Under the pieces are notes generated by a model. It searched no databases. It was not told the DNA's origin and saw only the letters and a list, made by a program, of their open reading frames with translations. Positions 43,295 to 56,100 of a stretch of DNA of 64,000 nt are shown here, in pieces. The position numbers and the translations under genes were made by a program. The stretch covers positions 1,732,179 through 1,796,178 of the forward strand of contig NMRA01000012.1 of assembly GCA_002633005.1 (NCBI GenBank). Reading direction: 5' to 3'. Numbering within the stretch: position 1 is the stretch's first letter; the number at the start of each line of letters is the position of its first letter. Source of the stretch: Phoronis australis (lineage: Eukaryota > Animalia > Phoronida).

Positions 43295-45629
43295 TGCTAG
43301 CATTACTCTGGGAGACGTCATCATCGAAGACCCCAGTTGATGTGCTGTGATTTTCAGATTTTCAAAAAACATTCAACAAAAAAGATGCTAGAAACACAGA
43401 AAGAAACCAGGTGCAAATAACAATAAATTTTTAGGAAATCTGCTTGTCAGTGAAGAAATATCTTCAAATATTTGAAAACTACTGGACTTGACTTGATTTA
43501 CAGTGGCGTTATGTAATAAGTAGCAATTGTCCGCTTTAATTAAAAATCAGGGTCTCTTGAATAGTGTCAATGAGTTGAACCTTCATTACATTTTGTATGT
43601 AAGACATGATGCTGTTCAATTGTTTTCTGCGTTAACATGTAGTACTGAAGTGGATGTCAATATGTCACTGTTTTAAGAGTTCTTTCCTTTTGTTTTTGAG
43701 TAACTATGTGTGCGACGAAAGACATTTATTTGTATGTATAATCAACCACCATGTATAGCACAGTTATTCTCTGTTTTGAAAGAGGACTTCTCATGTCTGG
43801 TTTTCACTTCTTATTGGTTTCGTAATGGGCGATCTTCCTGCCTCAGTAGAACTTGATAGCATGTTACAATGACATTTTTTTCACATCATCATTTTTGATG
43901 TTTGTAATTACAGTTCATTGATATCTGTTAGACCAAGAAGTCCAATCAAATCCGTAATAACTATTTATATGTTGTAAGCAGTATTTCTTGATTCTGTTCT
44001 GTGGTTTTATTGGAATTCAACAGATTCTAAGTGAGAAGTTCTGGTCCCGAGATATGTTATGTTACTACCTCGTTAGGTTAGTGTCATGCTCAGTTTTACA
44101 TGCCTTTGGTTGATCTGAGTTGTTCTTAGCTTTCTTTGTGTCCCCCTCGGCCTGTAACATCATGCGGCACTTGTGTTGTGCGGCAACTAGTGGTGGCATG
44201 TTGCCATAGCAACTATATGTCATTACTCAGTTGTCCTGTTATGGTGCACGTGTGATAAAGCAATTGTCGTTTCTGACCAGTTACGACATCTGTGGACACT
44301 AGGTGCTGTAATGGGTGGAAAATCTTTCGGAGAGCAATGACTAGACCTAAATAGGCCAAGGATAGATAGATAGATAGATAGATATTGGTGAATATGTTGA
44401 TATCTGGCTCTTCTTCTGTTGTTCACTCAGTATTATATTCTTTGTAACTATAATGTAAATATCAACGAGCTTTGTAGATGTACACCAGTAACTCTTCACA
44501 ATTCAACATTTCCTGTCATAGCCTGGCCGTGGGTGCTTATAGTGTAGTATTTATCTTCTTAACTCGATGCCTGTACAGTCCATTGAAGCCTGTTGTTGCA
44601 CTGTAAGTAAGCAAGCTTCAGGTGTCCACTGAATAGAAAGTGTAGATTTTACCTTTCTCACTGTAAACGACAGATGCCTGGTTTTACGAATATTTGTTCT
44701 TTTACACTGTTTTCGGTTCTGTTGGTTTCAGCACTGATGTCATAACAGTTGAACGTCTTTATTAACAAATTCCAATTCATTGAGACAGGGGAGATAACCA
44801 GCATCGCTCTTCAAACTGTTTGTCCCAGTTGAATCCGCGGAAGAGAATTTGTTGCAAATTCTCTGTGAGAATATTAATGTTTGTTCAACCATTTAAGCGA
44901 GAGAACAGTCGTCATCTTAGCGGGGTAGTGTGTGGGTTGTTGGATGTTTCCATAAAATTCATGGGTGTGGGCATTGCATGTATGTCTCTGTGTCCTGTAG
45001 CATCATTTCACAAGGTAAATGTCACAGTTAAACATTCCTTGAAGGAAATTAGTTAGTTAAGATACCATTGGAGGCTGTAAGCCACATGTAAGATGTGGTC
45101 TGGACCCCAGGAAGTTGTGTAGAGTTTACTTATTGCTAGTTGCTTGTTTGTGTTTTGTAAAGGATCATTTGTGGTTATGTAAACTATATGCCAGTCAAAA
45201 ACATCAAAATAAGTTGAGCATTCTTGGCTTGGTATCATTTTCTATCATTTACTACCGTTGCAGGCTGCATGGTCAAAGCTCAGTGTTTAGATGCTGTTTA
45301 AAAATTCACCTTGTAAGTCATTCTTACACTCACATGATCATCTAATGCCTAGGAATGTAGGTTTTACGAATGATGACTGAAGGGGAACCTTGTTGGGGAA
45401 AGTCATATGTCCATGCTGTAAACCTATTGTACATGAACTAATCTGAGTAGTTGATTGGCTGGGTCCTGCTGTTTAAAGGCAGGGTTGTATATAGTTGGTC
45501 ACGCCCACTAGGATATGGCCAGATCTTGAACGAATGATAATGCAAATGTGGATGCCAAGGTAATGGTTGATTGACACTTGTCATTTCAATGCTTTGTACC
45601 AACTATAGTTAATGTTTATTTAACAAATG

Positions 45630-45635
45630 AATAAA
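45630..45635 (+). promoter_or_regulatory. Likely TAO polyadenylation signal (implies a ~2.3-kb 3' UTR)
   Basis: AATAAA followed ~15-35 nt later by a T/GT-rich tract (TTTGCTTGTTTTCTGTTTTGT). Confidence 0.45.
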
Positions 45636-46617
45636 TAGTTCATATAATTTGCTTGTTTTCTGTTTTGTATGGCCATCAAGTGGCCTAGGGCGTTTTTCAG
45701 CATGGTTTAGTTACTCTAAAATATATTTGAATTTTGGTTGATTTCTATAAAAACAATTTAAAGCGGTAACAAACCGGATTTCCGATTGAGGCCAGTTACT
45801 GGTGGGTGTTAACTGGGTCTCATCTTGTTCTTTACTCTTACGAGATTTTTGATCTTGAAAAGAATTAACTGACCGCAGAGTTCGTTGTTCCTGAAAACGA
45901 TGCTTTGGTACGTTACAGGTCAGCCTTGTGGAGTATGATCTCCAGCAATGATCAACTGTTAAGTTTGTTTCGAGCCCTGAAATCGCATCTATTTTGACTT
46001 CGCTCTAAAGGAAGAATGAAAACCAACTTTATAACGTTAAGCGGCCGAAATTAAAAATTGTTTTTGCAAAGGAAGGCGGGCTTGTAACCGCTTTAACTAT
46101 TCTTCTGGCCGAAGGTGTGACAGCAAATCGCACAGTGAAAGCACGCGTCTGTTGCCGCTGAATCGCTGTTGCATTAGTTTTATTACTAGATTCTGGCATC
46201 ATTAGTCGTGTCATCTTGATGACAAATAGTTACGTAAAGGGTTTGGAACTGAACAATTGCGGAGGCTTCCGGCCATAGTTATCAGATTTAAAAAAAAAAG
46301 TACGTAACATGTCAAATTGACCAAAAAGTCCATCTCCCATTTCAACACCAGCAACCAAGGTTTTGCCATGGCAAGAGCTACGTACTCCGTAACATGGTTA
46401 GGCAGTTGGCTGAACTCGTGTCTCGCGTGTGCAGAGGTCGTAAGATTTTGACTCGATATGTGCCAAGTGGAATATCCATGCAGTACTGAGTTTCCTTGGC
46501 GTCGCGGATTCACTCATTAGTCTAGTTGCCGAAAAGTTGACCGTGCAATGTTGTTTATTGTAAAAATTTCTTTTGGAAATTTATCATATTTCAGGGTTGC
46601 ACTCTGTGGGACGAGCA

Positions 46618-48409
46618 TTTTCATGCGCCTACCTATTTATATGTGGACGCATTATGCCGTCATCTCCGTCCGTCCGTCCGGCGTCCGTCCGGCGTCCGTC
46701 AGGCGTCCGCTGGCTGTTCTATCTCCAAAACCGATTGACGTTTGTTCGTGAAATTTTGCACATGTGTTTCATGGATGGAACGGCATGAGCGAACTTTCTG
46801 ACGGATCCGACTACCGGTGTGCCCCCTAATGGCAATTTTAGTTTTTTACTTTTAACTCTGTATCTTAAACGTATTTTCAAAAAATTTGGTATATAGGCAC
46901 CTATTAGTGAGACGACGGTATATCCTTCCGTTTTCGGATGGATTCGACGTAGTTTGCGCCACCTAGTGGCCATTTTTACTGTTTTCTAGTCTGTTTTTAG
47001 CGTCCAGCCCTCTATCAACCAAACCGCTCTTCATGATTGTGAAAATTGCCATGTATGTTCTTACTATGAAGAGGTCGGTTGACGATGATTTTCCGATAAC
47101 TTCGGCCACTGTGGCGCCTCCATGTGGCAGTTTTTTGCGCCTATGGCTTCGTCTCCTCAATCGTTTGCAGGATCTTTACTAAATTTAGTAAGTATATTTA
47201 TATGATGATGACAACGGACGAAGACGACTTCCGGAAAGATCTGACTACTGATGTGCCACCTTAGTGGTAATTTTGTTTTTTTTACGTTTACCTCTGAATC
47301 TTCAAATGTCCTCAATGTATTTTCATAAAATTTGGCGTACATCCTTTGTTTGTGAGGTGACACTATCTTTCCGTTTTCAGATGGATTCGACCTAGTTTGC
47401 GCCACCTAGTTGCCATATTTACTGTTTTTGAGTCTGTTTTTTGCGGCCACCCCTCTATCAACCAAACCGCTTTGAGGATAATTGTGAAAACTGGCATGTG
47501 TGTTTTTACTATGAAGTGAACAGGTGACAATGGTTTTCTGATGACTTCGACTACTGTGGCGCCTCCTAGTGACAGTTTCGTTTTTTGCGCCCATGGCTGT
47601 ATCTCCTAAACCATTTGCAAGATCTTTACTAAATTTAACAAGTGTGTTTATCATGATGTTGACAACGGACGACAATTATTCTCGGATGGACCTGACTACT
47701 GGTGTGTCCCCTGGTGACTTTAGTTTTACGTTTATTTCTGTATCTTCAAAGGTCCTCAACGGATTTTCATAAAATTTTGAATATATACGGACATCTATTG
47801 GTGAAATTACGCTATCCTCCCGTTTTCGGATGGAATCAAGGTATTTTGCGTCACCTAGTGGCCATTATTTTTGTTTTCTAGTCTGTTTTTGGCGTCTACC
47901 CCTCTATCAACCAAATCATTCTAAGGATGGTTTTGAAAATTGGCGTATAATAATGTTCTCGGTGTGAAGAGGACAGTTGACGATGACAACTTTGACTACT
48001 GTGACGCCTCCTAGTGGTAGTTTTGTTTTGTTTGCGCCCTTAGCTGTGTCTTCTAAACCCACTGCAGGATCTTTATTAAATTTAATGAGTAAGTGTATTT
48101 ATATGAAGCTAACTACAGCAAGACAATGACGACTTTCAGGCGGATCCAATGAACAGTGAGCCCCCTAGTGGCAATTTCATTTCATTTTATTCTGTTTCCT
48201 TTGTTTCTCTGGAGTTCCATGACGGATGTCTATGAAATTTGGTCTATAGCTTTCTATTAAAGAAGCAATGACATGTCTTCGGATGGATTGTACGTTTTTA
48301 CGCCATCTAGTGGCTATTTTTATGATGCAAATAAACAACCCTAGAAGCACACCATTTGCGATGCTTTCGTGGGCGCATTTCAATGTGCATCTTCTGCACA
48401 TGATGGTTT
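46618..48409 (+). mobile_element. Non-autonomous Helentron-associated element (DINE-1/HINE-type) with internal tandem repeat array
   Basis: 5' subTIR ATGCGCCTAC (46623-46632), nearby inverted partner GTGGACGCAT (46643-46652), (CGTC)n microsatellite (46667-46708), central repeats, 3' subTIR GTGGGCGCAT (48369-48378) and terminal hairpin ATGTGCA-n5-TGCACAT (48383-48401), with T-rich ends. Confidence 0.8.
46760..48320. repeat. Higher-order tandem repeat: ~445-bp unit made of three ~148-bp monomers, each with a CTCF-like motif
   Basis: The landmark CCTAGTGGCCAT...CCCTCTATCAACC recurs at ~46962, 47405 and 47854. A GCGCCACCTAGTGGC-type motif recurs 11 times. Confidence 0.85.
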
Positions 48410-49720
48410 ATAGGATCCTGCAATGTATTGTTTCTAAAGTTTTGTGGGACTTCAGAGCTCATTTGTAGTGTTATTTTATGGATGCAAGTTAAACAAAATT
48501 ACAACTCGGAGAGGTCAAAGGTAAAGGTGGGCTGAAATAAGGAAAATACGCCTCTTTTGGCTGGGGGTATGCTTAACTAACATGTTTTGATTTTTTTATG
48601 ATGAAATAATGCTAAGGGTAAAGAATCCCTAAATATTGGGATTAGATATCCTCCCACAATCTCAATAAGCGAAGTCACAGTATTACAATTACTTTGTGAT
48701 TAGTCCGTACAGGTTACATGTAGACGACGTGTGTGCAGGTTGCACACGCTACATGTAGACGACGTGTGTGCAGCTTGCTCACGCTACATGTTGACCTGTA
48801 ACCACATTCGTATTGTGATTTATTATTCAGTTATGCAGTTACGTTAATTGTAAATGAAATGTCATATACCGGATCCCAATATATTGAGCGTCCCTCATAT
48901 CAAACAAAGCATATGTATTTATCTTTACATTCATGTCTTGTTATGCTGGTGCTGTTACAATTAACTTTAGTTCATATTCAAATTTAGTCTGTAGTCGCTA
49001 TTTTGAACGACTGAAATTTTTTAAAGCCTTCCCTCAATGGATTTCTGCACCTTTTAAGGTTTTAGTAGAGGGTGTACAATAATTTTATGACATATGATAT
49101 ACAGTGTAGGAGTAAGTTAGACCTCGCCGTATCAGCAGACTTCGCATGCTTGAGGCCGTAGTAGCCGAGTCCGAGTCTGTTCAGTCTGCAGACAGTCATG
49201 AGTTCAGGGCTGACATTCCTGATCGAATGATAATGAACAGTCTTTTATTGAATCACGATTTGATTTTTTAACCACTTTAGTGTCGATTAATGTGCAGATG
49301 CCCGTACTCTAAATCTATAACCGATTTTTTACCCTGATTAGCGGCTATATTTATATCATTTCTTCCAAATGCCGAGTGCGTTCACGGACAACCATATCTT
49401 GTTACTGCTAACTGGGTTTTATTTCTGGTAAATTATACTCGTTTCTGTTTTATCTGTTACAAAATTATGAAAGCGTTGTACCGTTCGTCAATTAGCGGGT
49501 CCAGTGCCCGATTCCACACTGTGCCGGTTGCAATCCGTAACCTCAAACTCTTTGCCTGGCATTTTTATTCCATTTTCTACTATTGGACATTGATTTATTT
49601 GTGGATAGCATGATTCCCATAAAATCTTGAGCAATAATAGACTGGTGAGAACCTTTTTTACTGCAATCACGTTAATTATCTCAGTCATAATTTAATGCTA
49701 AGTCTCAGTTTACTCAGTGA

Positions 49721-50044
49721 CCAGGGGCTGATCCAGGATTTTGAGTTAGGGGGGCCAGGGCACAGGAATAACCAGAATTTCTACAGATGCGCGCGCCCAG
49801 CCTAATTGTGGGCATGCAGGGGTCTCGAAGTCTGGGTTTGCATACCTGTTGACTAAAAAGAAAAAACGGTAAATGGGGTTTGTTCAGGGCCCATGCAATG
49901 TTTATTCACTTTATTCACCCCCGAGCCCCCTTGGTTGCGCGCATGTGCTAGTCAGAAGTTCGCATCCGAACTCCCAAATGGTATCTGGTAGAATTTTAGG
50001 GGAGCCATGCCCCCTTGCCCCCCCCCCCCTAAATCCGCCACTGG
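49721..50044. mobile_element. Harbinger-like MITE with 3-bp TSD (TGA)
   Basis: TGA|CCAGGGGCTGATCCAGG ... CCTAAATCCGCCACTGG|TGA, imperfect TIR. A related end (GATCCGCCACTG) lies at ~7098-7109 beside the gap. Confidence 0.65.
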
Positions 50045-53000
50045 TGACTGCTTGACATTCACGTTGCCAACAGTGGTGTTACACAATGTACTCTTTTCGT
50101 CCATAAAATGCACTTACACGTAGTGGAAACCTTCATCACATTTCCGTTTCTGCGACTGGTCGAGTACACATGCGCGCACCCAGGGGGGCTCGATGGGCTC
50201 GAACGATCCCCCCATTTGGCAAAGTGGGCAAAAAGGTCCGTCTCAGAGATTCAAAAACTACGAAAAAAGTAGAAAACGAGACAACAATTTCACTAAAGGA
50301 GCTACCAATATTCGGCGAATGCACAATTCATAGGTCTGAAGGTACCCCATTTTAGGCTGGTTGAACGCATGGTACAGCGTGTCCCCTGAACTGCTTGCTC
50401 CACCGTGCACTGCCAAACCTGTGCAAGATGCACGGACCTGTGCCATTTCTGGGCGATTTTAGGGTCTGAAATATTGTCTGTCTGATTGGTACACGTATTA
50501 CTGCATCTTCCGCACACCCGTGCACCTGTTCAAAATACTTGTCTCGGGCAATATTGAACTCCTAGCTTTTCAAGACTACTCCGACTCGCGACTGGTGTGG
50601 AACAACACAGTGGCAGAAACCAGACTTCCACAGATGGCGTAACACACAAAAAATATATATTTTATTTTTTTTACGTTTATTTCTTGATTACAAGTACACG
50701 GATTGAAAATGAAATACTTAAAATATCATGTTAATATTGTTCGTAACCGAATTCAAACATTTGTGACCACGGTGTTTATGTCCAGTATATTTAAAATTTA
50801 ATCTCCATCAATTAATTCCCAAGAATAGAGTAGCCATACAATTTTATCTTTCTTCATGTTGCGTTACTTGGCCCTCTTACTTAACTTGGTTGAATTCATT
50901 TGACCTTTGATTCTGTTCCCTATATAGTGTTAACTCCTACTGTGTGTACGGTTTGATATATTGTTGTGAATTCGGAACTTGAGAGTTTTATTTGCGCCTT
51001 TGGATTTATGATGACTGAAGTTCTGAAGATTGGTTAAGGGAAAAGGGTAGATGTACACTTTATTATATTTACTTGTTTCTATGTGAGCATGATGTCCTTG
51101 GGACAGCTCATGTCTAAATACACTGTCGCCATTTGATAGAACTCACACGAACGAAAGGCTGGCATTGAAGCTGGATGGAGCCAATATATCTTCAACTTTG
51201 TGAAAGTTTTCGGGGAATACAGAGCTTCAGGGACTTGGATGGGAAAGGCGTTTTTAATATCTGTTAATGGGGTAAAACCGAGTTTGGTATTCTATTAAGT
51301 GTTAAGGTTATGTAAGGCCATTGAAAACTTAATGTTCAAATTTGGCAAACTTTGGAGTATCATATCTCAAAAATGGCGGACTGGATTCAAATGAAACTTT
51401 CAGATACTATGTGTCATGCACTGTTCTTTAATACGCTATCAGAAATTGTTTTTAAAAATTTCCACTATTGCACAAGGGTCTATCAAATTTTGGACTTTTA
51501 TGAATGGTCCAGTCACGTGATCCAAACAATAGCAGATTGGTGTAAAGTCAAAAATAGAACTTCACACGCTTTCTGCTTTCAGAAAATGTATACTTTTACC
51601 GAGTTTAAACCCTCTAGTTTTGTAGATACTTGGCAAAATACACCGACAAGTCGATAAGGTCTTATATCGTATGCTAGGGCTATCTTGATAGCCCAATACA
51701 TCTATAGAATAATAAAAATCCGAGGGTTATTTGAACCAAAAAAGATTAACCGTGCACTCGCTGACACGTGCTATTTTAATTTAAATGAAAACCTACCCGT
51801 ATAGTTACGAGAACACATGAATGCATCATGGCGTGACCTATTTCCGGTCGTCATCACAGTTACTTTCTCTCTCAAATTTAGACGTCATCGACTGTGGGGG
51901 TTTTACTTACTTTGTACAGTACGTCCGCGGTTCATCAGATAGACGACGCCTGTTCTAACTAGAGAAGACCACAGTGTGTTCTGATAATGTATACCAAGTC
52001 GGACTATATACATGTATCTGGACAAACCCGCAATACAAGAGAAAGCACTGATGGGTTGGGCATGGCTGAATTAAGTTCAACATGTTGCCAGTGAATAAGA
52101 CAATTCTCAGAAGGTACAAATCCAAATTATTGATTGTTAGTTTTTATTAGATTATTTTATCAAACTAGAAATATGAGGATCAATTATTTTAAGAGATCTC
52201 TTTGGACATCAAGTGAACAGCTCTGTATCATATAGTGTGGAGGTATTATTCAAATTAGTTCCCGGCAGGCTGGGATTGAGAGGGTTATCACGAAAGCGAC
52301 CGGCGACGTTGCGATCATCACTCCCTTGACGATAATCTACCAGGCAAGGTGCCAAAACATTTGACCGGGGCAAATCAAGAGTCTTAAGGTAAGGCACGGT
52401 TTTGTATTACTTTTGATACGGAATTAATATTTATTTTTACACTGTACTTATGTAGTTTGATACGCATGCTGCTGTAGTTGAAAGCAGCGATCGCTAGGTA
52501 TGATGAAAAGTTAAAATCGTGATAGACCTACTCTGTTTTCAACATGTAAACACAGTGGGTGCCCATATTCAACAAGTTAGTTTTCCTACTCCAGTCTGTG
52601 CAAGAATTTTCTAGCATTTAATGTTATTCGAGAACCTTTCATCATTTGAAACAAGTCATTTTTCATGCTAATCTTATTCAATGCAGGAAAAATATAATTA
52701 TTCGATCTTTCGCCTGTGTTCCATAGATATCTAATGCATGTTCACACATCGTCTCCAATGTCCTCATTTACAAGTAAACTAACATGCAATTAAATGCACC
52801 GTCACGAAAACTTGGCAAATATTCAACTAAAAATGTAGGTTGCATTTAAAGTTCATTCGTCAAATTTCTTGCAAACAATACCCAAAACCCTTTTGTTCTA
52901 CAAACATGCCTCAAGTGGTGCAGAATTTGGACTCATAGTATTACAGAAAACATTTTGAAATTAATGTACTGTTATAACTTATTATGTGACACACTGATTG

Positions 53001-53130
53001 ACCGTTGTTTGTTTTAATGCGTCTTTTGCAAGATAACCTAAACAAACATGTTTCTCAACTTGTTTCTTCTGCTGTTTGCTTTGTAGAAGCTCGCGTTACG
53101 TTGGAACTAAGGCATATACATTCCGCAAAG

Positions 53131-56100
53131 ATGGGAGCCAAAGCATTTTTCAAGGAACTGGGCGCTTTTTGGAAAACGATAGTAGTAATTGTTATTCCAC
53201 TCGCCTTCATGGTCTGGCCTATTGTCATTCCGACTCCGGTAAGTCACTGAAATATCTGCAACAGTATACTTCGTGATTGCCTTTACTTGTGATTGACTTT
53301 CACCTTCGGTAATCAGCAAAACCGTGCTTATCAGATCATATCTCTTACGACACTTTGCAGTCAGATGTCGTAAAACCCTACCAATAAACCGATAGCCTTA
53401 TGGATTCGATATTCAAGTGCGGTCTCCTTTTCCAGTACTTAGTAATTTCATAGGAAACGCATTATTTCGGCCAAAACACATTTCGACAGTGCCATGGCCT
53501 TATATAAGAGATTTTGCGAGAGCTCCTTCTCTTCATGGCAGTGCTCGTCAAGACAAGGCGCCTGTCCACAAACATTATCTTTTATAACGCCAGGCGCAGA
53601 AAGAAAGTAAAGTAGAGTCATATTTTGGTGTTCATGTTTAAAATTATTTTAGCGAAATATTGGGAACACTCCATATTATTCGGGTAAGGCCTGTCTTGAT
53701 GCCATGATCTATAAGACGTCTGGGACCATGGTGTCTGGCCCTATTGCTACAATTTTCAAACAGTTATCCTCGTCCCACACTTTTCGGGCAAACTTCAGAT
53801 CAAGACAATCTTGGTCAAGCACAACATTCAACGATTTTCGGCCACCTTTAACGTGTTTTAGAAGGAGGCCCTACGCTGGCTATCAGGCTAGGCTGGGCAT
53901 TCGTTATAGTGTTGTCCTTAGTTTTACCTACAAATGACGGAATTGTTTTCTCATCACACTGTATCATTTCTCCACTTTCGTTGTTGTTACGCAAGCAAGG
54001 CGATATGTTTCCAACGATTACAGAATATTTGAAAACAAAATGTAAAGATACTAATTAATTTTGTGTTATTCTCGTTCAAACAAGGTCTGTAACAGATGCA
54101 GATAACGCTTGTGATAATACCGAAGGTCAATATACTAATTTTTGACACCACTCTGCAGTCGGGCAATCTCATTTGCCAGCCGCTGCGATTAGATGGGGAG
54201 TCCGCCGGTCGATGGCCAGTTTTTCACGAGACGAGCACGAGCATTCCTAGATCCTAATCGACGACTATCGACGTCTCTCACGGGGGCTTGGTCAGCTATA
54301 TTTATGACGTTTTATGAACTTTACTATGATTGTTGTATTGTCTTTTACATAAAGAAAAATTAAATTCACTGTTTCATTATATCTCGTGCTCTAGATTTTC
54401 CTTTTACACGAGGTCAGAATTTGTGTGAATTGGCGTCTTCGATTTGGAATAAAAGCAAACAAATTCCACCAGATTTCTCGTATCAGTACATGTTTGATTT
54501 CCTAATCTTCTCAAATGTTAATAGATTATACAGGCGTGGGCCAGTTCGTAATATTTGATTTGGTATCTGAACCCGGGAAAATGTGCTAAGCTCTAATCAT
54601 ATTAAACCGTTTTTGCCCGTCTCAGTGTTAGCACCAGATCAAGCACTCATGAATTTACCAATTTCAAAACCTGACAAAGCCTTCAAATTTGTTAAAAACA
54701 TTTTTGATCATGTTCCTAGCTCTGACTTCTAAAAATATTTTAATAATTTGAAACTGATTTTAAAATGCTCCGTCTTTTGTTTTTAGCAGTTCAGAAGTGC
54801 ATACATATGAAATCGTCACTCGAAAGATGTCGGTAAAACTAAAGCTTTTAGCAATTGACAGCCTGTATGTATTTGCATGTTTATATTTCATCTAAGTTTA
54901 TATGAAACTTCAAATTCTGTGTCAGCTGTAGCGACCATAGACACGGGCCATGAAATTTTAATTTGGCACGTGTGTTGGTTTTCATTAACAAAATTAAAGC
55001 AACCAATGGACACACAACGATGACCTTCTGTGATACCTGTGTGTTTTCAACGGTACTACTCTTACTTTGTTCGGGTGTTTTCAACGTACTTTCTTCTTGA
55101 TTCCGCGTTGTTCTGACAATCTATATGGGTGGCAAAATTACCTTATTGCTAGACTGGTGAGAAACACTGCAAACTAATGTAGACCACTTACGCTTAGAAA
55201 ACCAATCTCAACATTTTCTGTACCATAATCAGACTTTATTTTCATTGCTACGAAGAACATCCATTACTGCGTTCCCTAGACTCCAGAACCTCGCGAAAAC
55301 GCAATATCGTGCGAGATATCGCGAGATATCAACATGAGTTACAATTGAAGCACGTGTTGATAGGCCTAGAAGCCTTTCTCGCGATTCTCTGGATCTGCGG
55401 AAGGCAGCTTAGAACATGAAATGTTTCATTCAATCGTCAGTATATCCCTCAACTACGCTCATTATATAAAATTCTATTTACTTTCCCCACATCGTTATCA
55501 TGTACGTATTGTTATACAATAAAAGTTTTATGGTTATATGTGGTGTTGTACATGATAACGTCACAAGGATATTGACGATCATTGTGTGAAACGAGATTGA
55601 TTCCAACTGAATGTTGACACCTACGTTATCATGACCAGAGGATTTTCAAACGTCTGCGTTCCTTGTTGTAGGGGCATTAGAATATTGGAAAGTGAGTCTT
55701 ACTTGATGTGTTTGAACATTTCAGGTTAACAATTTTGGGCCAGCGCCCCCTATGNCTCTCTCTCTCTCTCTCTCTCTCTCTTGCAACCAGCGTTTTTTCC
55801 TAGATTTTACTAAAACAGTATGGCCACGTACACCAATTAATGGCACTTTGGCATAACATAAAGTTCTACAGGCTTTCTGCCTTCTACGTTTGCGTACTTT
55901 AAATATACAGTTTTATTGATATTGGCTAAATACACACAACTGAGATGAGTAGGTAGGGGCGAAGCCCCCGGACGAGTTCGCAAGATCGGACGAACTCGCC
56001 TACTGCCCGCTAAATACACATAAGTCTTACATAATCTTAATGCTAGGTAAATGTTTTCACAAATCTTCCAGCTACATTAAATGGGCCGTAGAGGCATTTT

